The notes beneath the pieces were generated by a model. The model was not told where the DNA came from. It saw only the letters and a list, made by a program, of their open reading frames with translations, and did not search any database. 19,547 nucleotides of DNA from Calditrichia bacterium (GTDB taxonomy: Bacteria > Calditrichota > Calditrichia > RBG-13-44-9), in assembly GCA_037381445.1 (NCBI GenBank), contig JARRQT010000038.1:1-19547 (forward strand), in the 5' to 3' direction. A program made the position numbers and the translations under genes. Below, piece after piece: positions 17,278 through 19,547 of the stretch (its first letter is position 1; every line of letters begins with the position of its first letter).

Positions 17278-17754
17278 CTAAAATGTCAATGTGATGGCAT
17301 CATGACTGGCATATTCCAGAAAAGTAGCGGCGCCACCGATTTCGAGATTGTCCAGCAAATCTTCCTTTTTAATCCCCATAACATCCATTGTCATCTGGCA
17401 GGCAATCAGCCTGACATCCATCTCCATTGCCATTTCAATAAGCTCGCTCAATTTTGCCACATTGGCCTTTCTCATCCAGCCATTCATCATGGAAGTTGCC
17501 ATGGAGGTCATTCCCGGCAGCATGCCCACAATATTCGGAATGGATACGGGCATTGCCGGATTGGCAATAGGCGCAACCTGTAATTTATCTGCCCTCCCCT
17601 TTTTGAGAATTTCCAATCCGTAGAAGGTAAAAAAGATAGCAACTTCCATATCCAGCGCTGCGGCAGCGGTTGCCAGGATAAGCGGCGGATAAGCGGCATC
17701 CAGCGAGCCATGAGCCGCAATAATTGCCAGCCGTTTCTTGGTTTCTTCGGCCAT
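17278..17754 (-). CDS. dsrE2: DsrE2-type sulfurtransferase (DrsE_2 family)
   Basis: AYPPLILATAAAALDMEVAIFFTFYGL, LIACQMTMDVMG (single Cys119) and GGAATFLE. Directly follows tusA. Confidence 0.87.
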   Translation of the reverse strand: MAEETKKRLAIIAAHGSLDAAYPPLILATAAAALDMEVAIFFTFYGLEILKKGRADKLQVAPIANPAMPVSIPNIVGMLPGMTSMATSMMNGWMRKANVAKLSELIEMAMEMDVRLIACQMTMDVMGIKKEDLLDNLEIGGAATFLEYASHDAITLTF

Positions 17755-17804
17755 AATTGTTTCTCCTGAATTCTTGTGTTTTGGTTATTGTTGCTCACAA
17801 ATTG

Positions 17805-18041
17805 CTATTTGGTCTTCTTGATGTAAAAAACGAATTTGCCGCCTTCTTCCTCGTGCTCCAGCAGCTGATGGCCGGTTTTTTGTGTCCAGGCATTTACATC
17901 GCTGACGGAACCGGGATCCGTCGCGATCATTTTTAAGACCTCACCGACCTTCAGGCCGTCTACTGCCTTTTTGGTCTTGATAATTGGCATCGGACACGCC
18001 AGCCCGCTGCAGTCGAGTGTTTGATTCGGATTCACAGCCAT
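17805..18041 (-). CDS. tusA: TusA family sulfur carrier protein
   Basis: 78 aa. LDCSGLACPMP (CPxP persulfide Cys16), GEVLKMIATDPGS and FVFYIKK, with an AAGGAGG RBS. Confidence 0.95.
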   Translation of the reverse strand: MAVNPNQTLDCSGLACPMPIIKTKKAVDGLKVGEVLKMIATDPGSVSDVNAWTQKTGHQLLEHEEEGGKFVFYIKKTK

Positions 18042-18399
18042 TTTAAATCCTCCTTATGTATTTTTCTGATTTCAATTTTTGAAGGCAAGGATATTGCCCT
18101 CCTATTCAACTGATGATGTAATGAAAAACAACTCTTTCCAACCCGAGAGGATTTGAAGGTAGATTATACGATCGTTGCAGAAGATCTAACCCACCGCAGC
18201 AGAGAATATTACTTATTCATTCGAAATAAAATTTCTCCCTGCCTCCTCCTTCTATTTCCTTGCACTATAATTATCAAATTAAAATGAAGATTTTATGAAG
18301 AACTCTGAAGCATGTTACAGATATAGCCAGGATTCAATCGTGGCTATTTTGTTGCGGGTTGGGCCGCCAAAGGGAAATTATCAATTCCCTGCAAACCCT

Positions 18400-19164
18400 T
18401 TAATCTTCTGCATCAATTTTGCTCAAATCCGCGATCTTCTTCAAACGACGGGAGAACTCCGCCCTTTCCCGGGTGACCTGTTCAAAGGTTTGAGCTACTT
18501 TTTCCAGCCACGGGGCTATTTGTTTTTGGCGTTTTTCGCCAATCACCTGAATTTCCTTTGCGGCGGCGGTCAACGCCTTCTCGTCCAGATGATACCGCCC
18601 GGCCAGACGATGGATTCGCTCCTTTTCTTCGACGGGATCAGGCTGGCTGGTATAAAATTGTCCCGCGATCAGCATGGCCGCCAGTTCGCCGTCCAGTTCT
18701 ATGCGGGCGCGGGCATACTGCAGACCAGCATGGCAAGTAACGAATTGGGGTCGAACACTCGATTGCTCCGCCAGTTTTTTCCAGCAATCGATGCAATCCT
18801 GACGGCCCTTGTCCATGGAAAAAATCATATCACAGAAACGGCATGAATTACTGATGTGCGTCAGCGGTTCGCCCTCCGGCGATGTGGTGACCGAACCGAC
18901 ATCAGCAATTTCTGCAAAAACATCCTGAATGGGGGCGATACAGTGAATGGGCAGAATAGATTTCATCTGCATTTTGGTCTGGGATTTGGGAACATCCTGC
19001 ACGGCAATGAGGTCCTGAATATTTTTCCGGGGGAAACGCCAGTGGTTTCCCACCTTTACCGCTTTCAAACGCCCGTCATTAATCATGCGGTAAATGGTGG
19101 TCCTGTCCACTTTCAGCAAATCCAGAACCTGTTTGGTTGTTAATAAATCTTCCACAACATACAT
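18400..19164 (-). CDS. Transcriptional regulator: excisionase-type HTH (HTH_17) fused to a PocR sensory domain
   Basis: N-terminal LLTTKQVLDLLKVDRTTIYRMINDGRLKAVKVGNHWRF (excisionase/HTH_17). C-terminal GEPLT..SNSCRFC...C..C...FVTCHAGL...ELAAMLIAGQF (PocR domain). Confidence 0.88.
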   Translation of the reverse strand: MYVVEDLLTTKQVLDLLKVDRTTIYRMINDGRLKAVKVGNHWRFPRKNIQDLIAVQDVPKSQTKMQMKSILPIHCIAPIQDVFAEIADVGSVTTSPEGEPLTHISNSCRFCDMIFSMDKGRQDCIDCWKKLAEQSSVRPQFVTCHAGLQYARARIELDGELAAMLIAGQFYTSQPDPVEEKERIHRLAGRYHLDEKALTAAAKEIQVIGEKRQKQIAPWLEKVAQTFEQVTRERAEFSRRLKKIADLSKIDAED

Positions 19165-19166
19165 CC

Positions 19167-19197
19167 ATTTGCTATAGCTTACTACTATTTGCTATAG
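19167..19197. promoter_or_regulatory. 11-bp direct repeat at 20-bp spacing (candidate operator)
   Basis: atttgctatag at 19167-19177 and 19187-19197, with a degenerate ttactac unit between them. Overlaps the predicted -10 and transcription start. Confidence 0.6.
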
Positions 19198-19224
19198 TAT
19201 ATAAAATGAAATTGGACATGTCAA
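19196..19224 (-). promoter_or_regulatory. Near-consensus sigma70 promoter of the HTH-PocR regulator
   Basis: Minus strand TTGACA (19224-19219), 17-nt spacer, TATACT (19201-19196), 31 nt upstream of the ATG at 19164. Confidence 0.8.
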
Positions 19225-19450
19225 GAAATAAATTGGCCGAAAAGCCTAATATCGAATCCGAAAAAGAAGACGATTCCTCCCGGTATAAAAATTTAATATC
19301 CCTGGTAAGCGGAGAGGTACCGATTTCTGCCAAAACTGCTTTTAGGAATAGGCTCCATGGGTCGCTTCATAAATGAAACATTCCGGGCTCTCTGTCATAT
19401 TTAATATGTTTTCGCGATTTCAAACAATATTTCAGCACAGGAGGCAGGTC

Positions 19451-19547
19451 ATGAAGCATGCAGCACAATTTGTTATTTTATTTCTTTCTCTTTCTATCGG
19501 ATTTTTGCATGCCACTCCCACAAAAGTTGTGGTGAGGGCGCTGGCCA
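19451..19547 (+). CDS. Start of a divergent, probably secreted hypothetical protein (runs off the window edge)
   Basis: GGAGG RBS, then MKHAAQFVILFLSLSIGFLHATPTKVVVRALA..., which looks like a signal peptide with an LHA cleavage site. The frame is open to the end of the window. Confidence 0.7.
   Translation, partial: MKHAAQFVILFLSLSIGFLHATPTKVVVRALA

Noticed and set aside
18400..19164. Prophage or ICE excisionase marking a mobile element
   Set aside because: The HTH is fused to a PocR sensor, and no integrase, att-like repeat, tRNA or phage gene is visible.
217..19376. Numerous overlapping or antisense ORFs in the track (e.g. 217..642, 3237..3749, 8587..9339, 13541..14284, 15450..16097, 18295..18846)
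   Set aside because: They overlap well-supported genes in other frames or strands and carry no recognisable motifs, so they are treated as shadow ORFs.

Overview
Bacterial DNA with almost all genes on the minus strand. A YPNPFNP-type secretion C-terminal domain together with strong AGGAGG ribosome-binding sites suggests an FCB-superphylum lineage such as Calditrichota/KSB1 (inference only). The left part (1-9032) holds housekeeping and accessory genes: a partial nitroreductase, a thioredoxin-like protein, a lysA remnant, lysC with an exact in-frame 72-bp tandem duplication, a SnoaL-like protein, an orphan secretion-CTD remnant, a secreted amidase, a YgiQ radical SAM protein and DUF502. The right part (9038-19224) is the highlight. 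An excisionase-type HTH/PocR regulator precedes a co-oriented cluster: tusA - dsrE2 - dsrE-like - lbpA-type lipoate-binding protein - [NiFe]-hydrogenase small subunit - isp1 - isp2 - SpoIIAA-like ORF - large subunit - maturation protease - lipoate:protein ligase. This joins the sulfur-carrier/lipoyl module known from sHdr-type sulfur oxidisers to an Isp-type hydrogenase, with no sHdr genes in the window. It suggests a possibly undescribed lipoate-mediated H2/sulfane-sulfur redox system, plausibly H2-driven sulfur reduction. All calls come from motif recognition by eye; no database searches were run.
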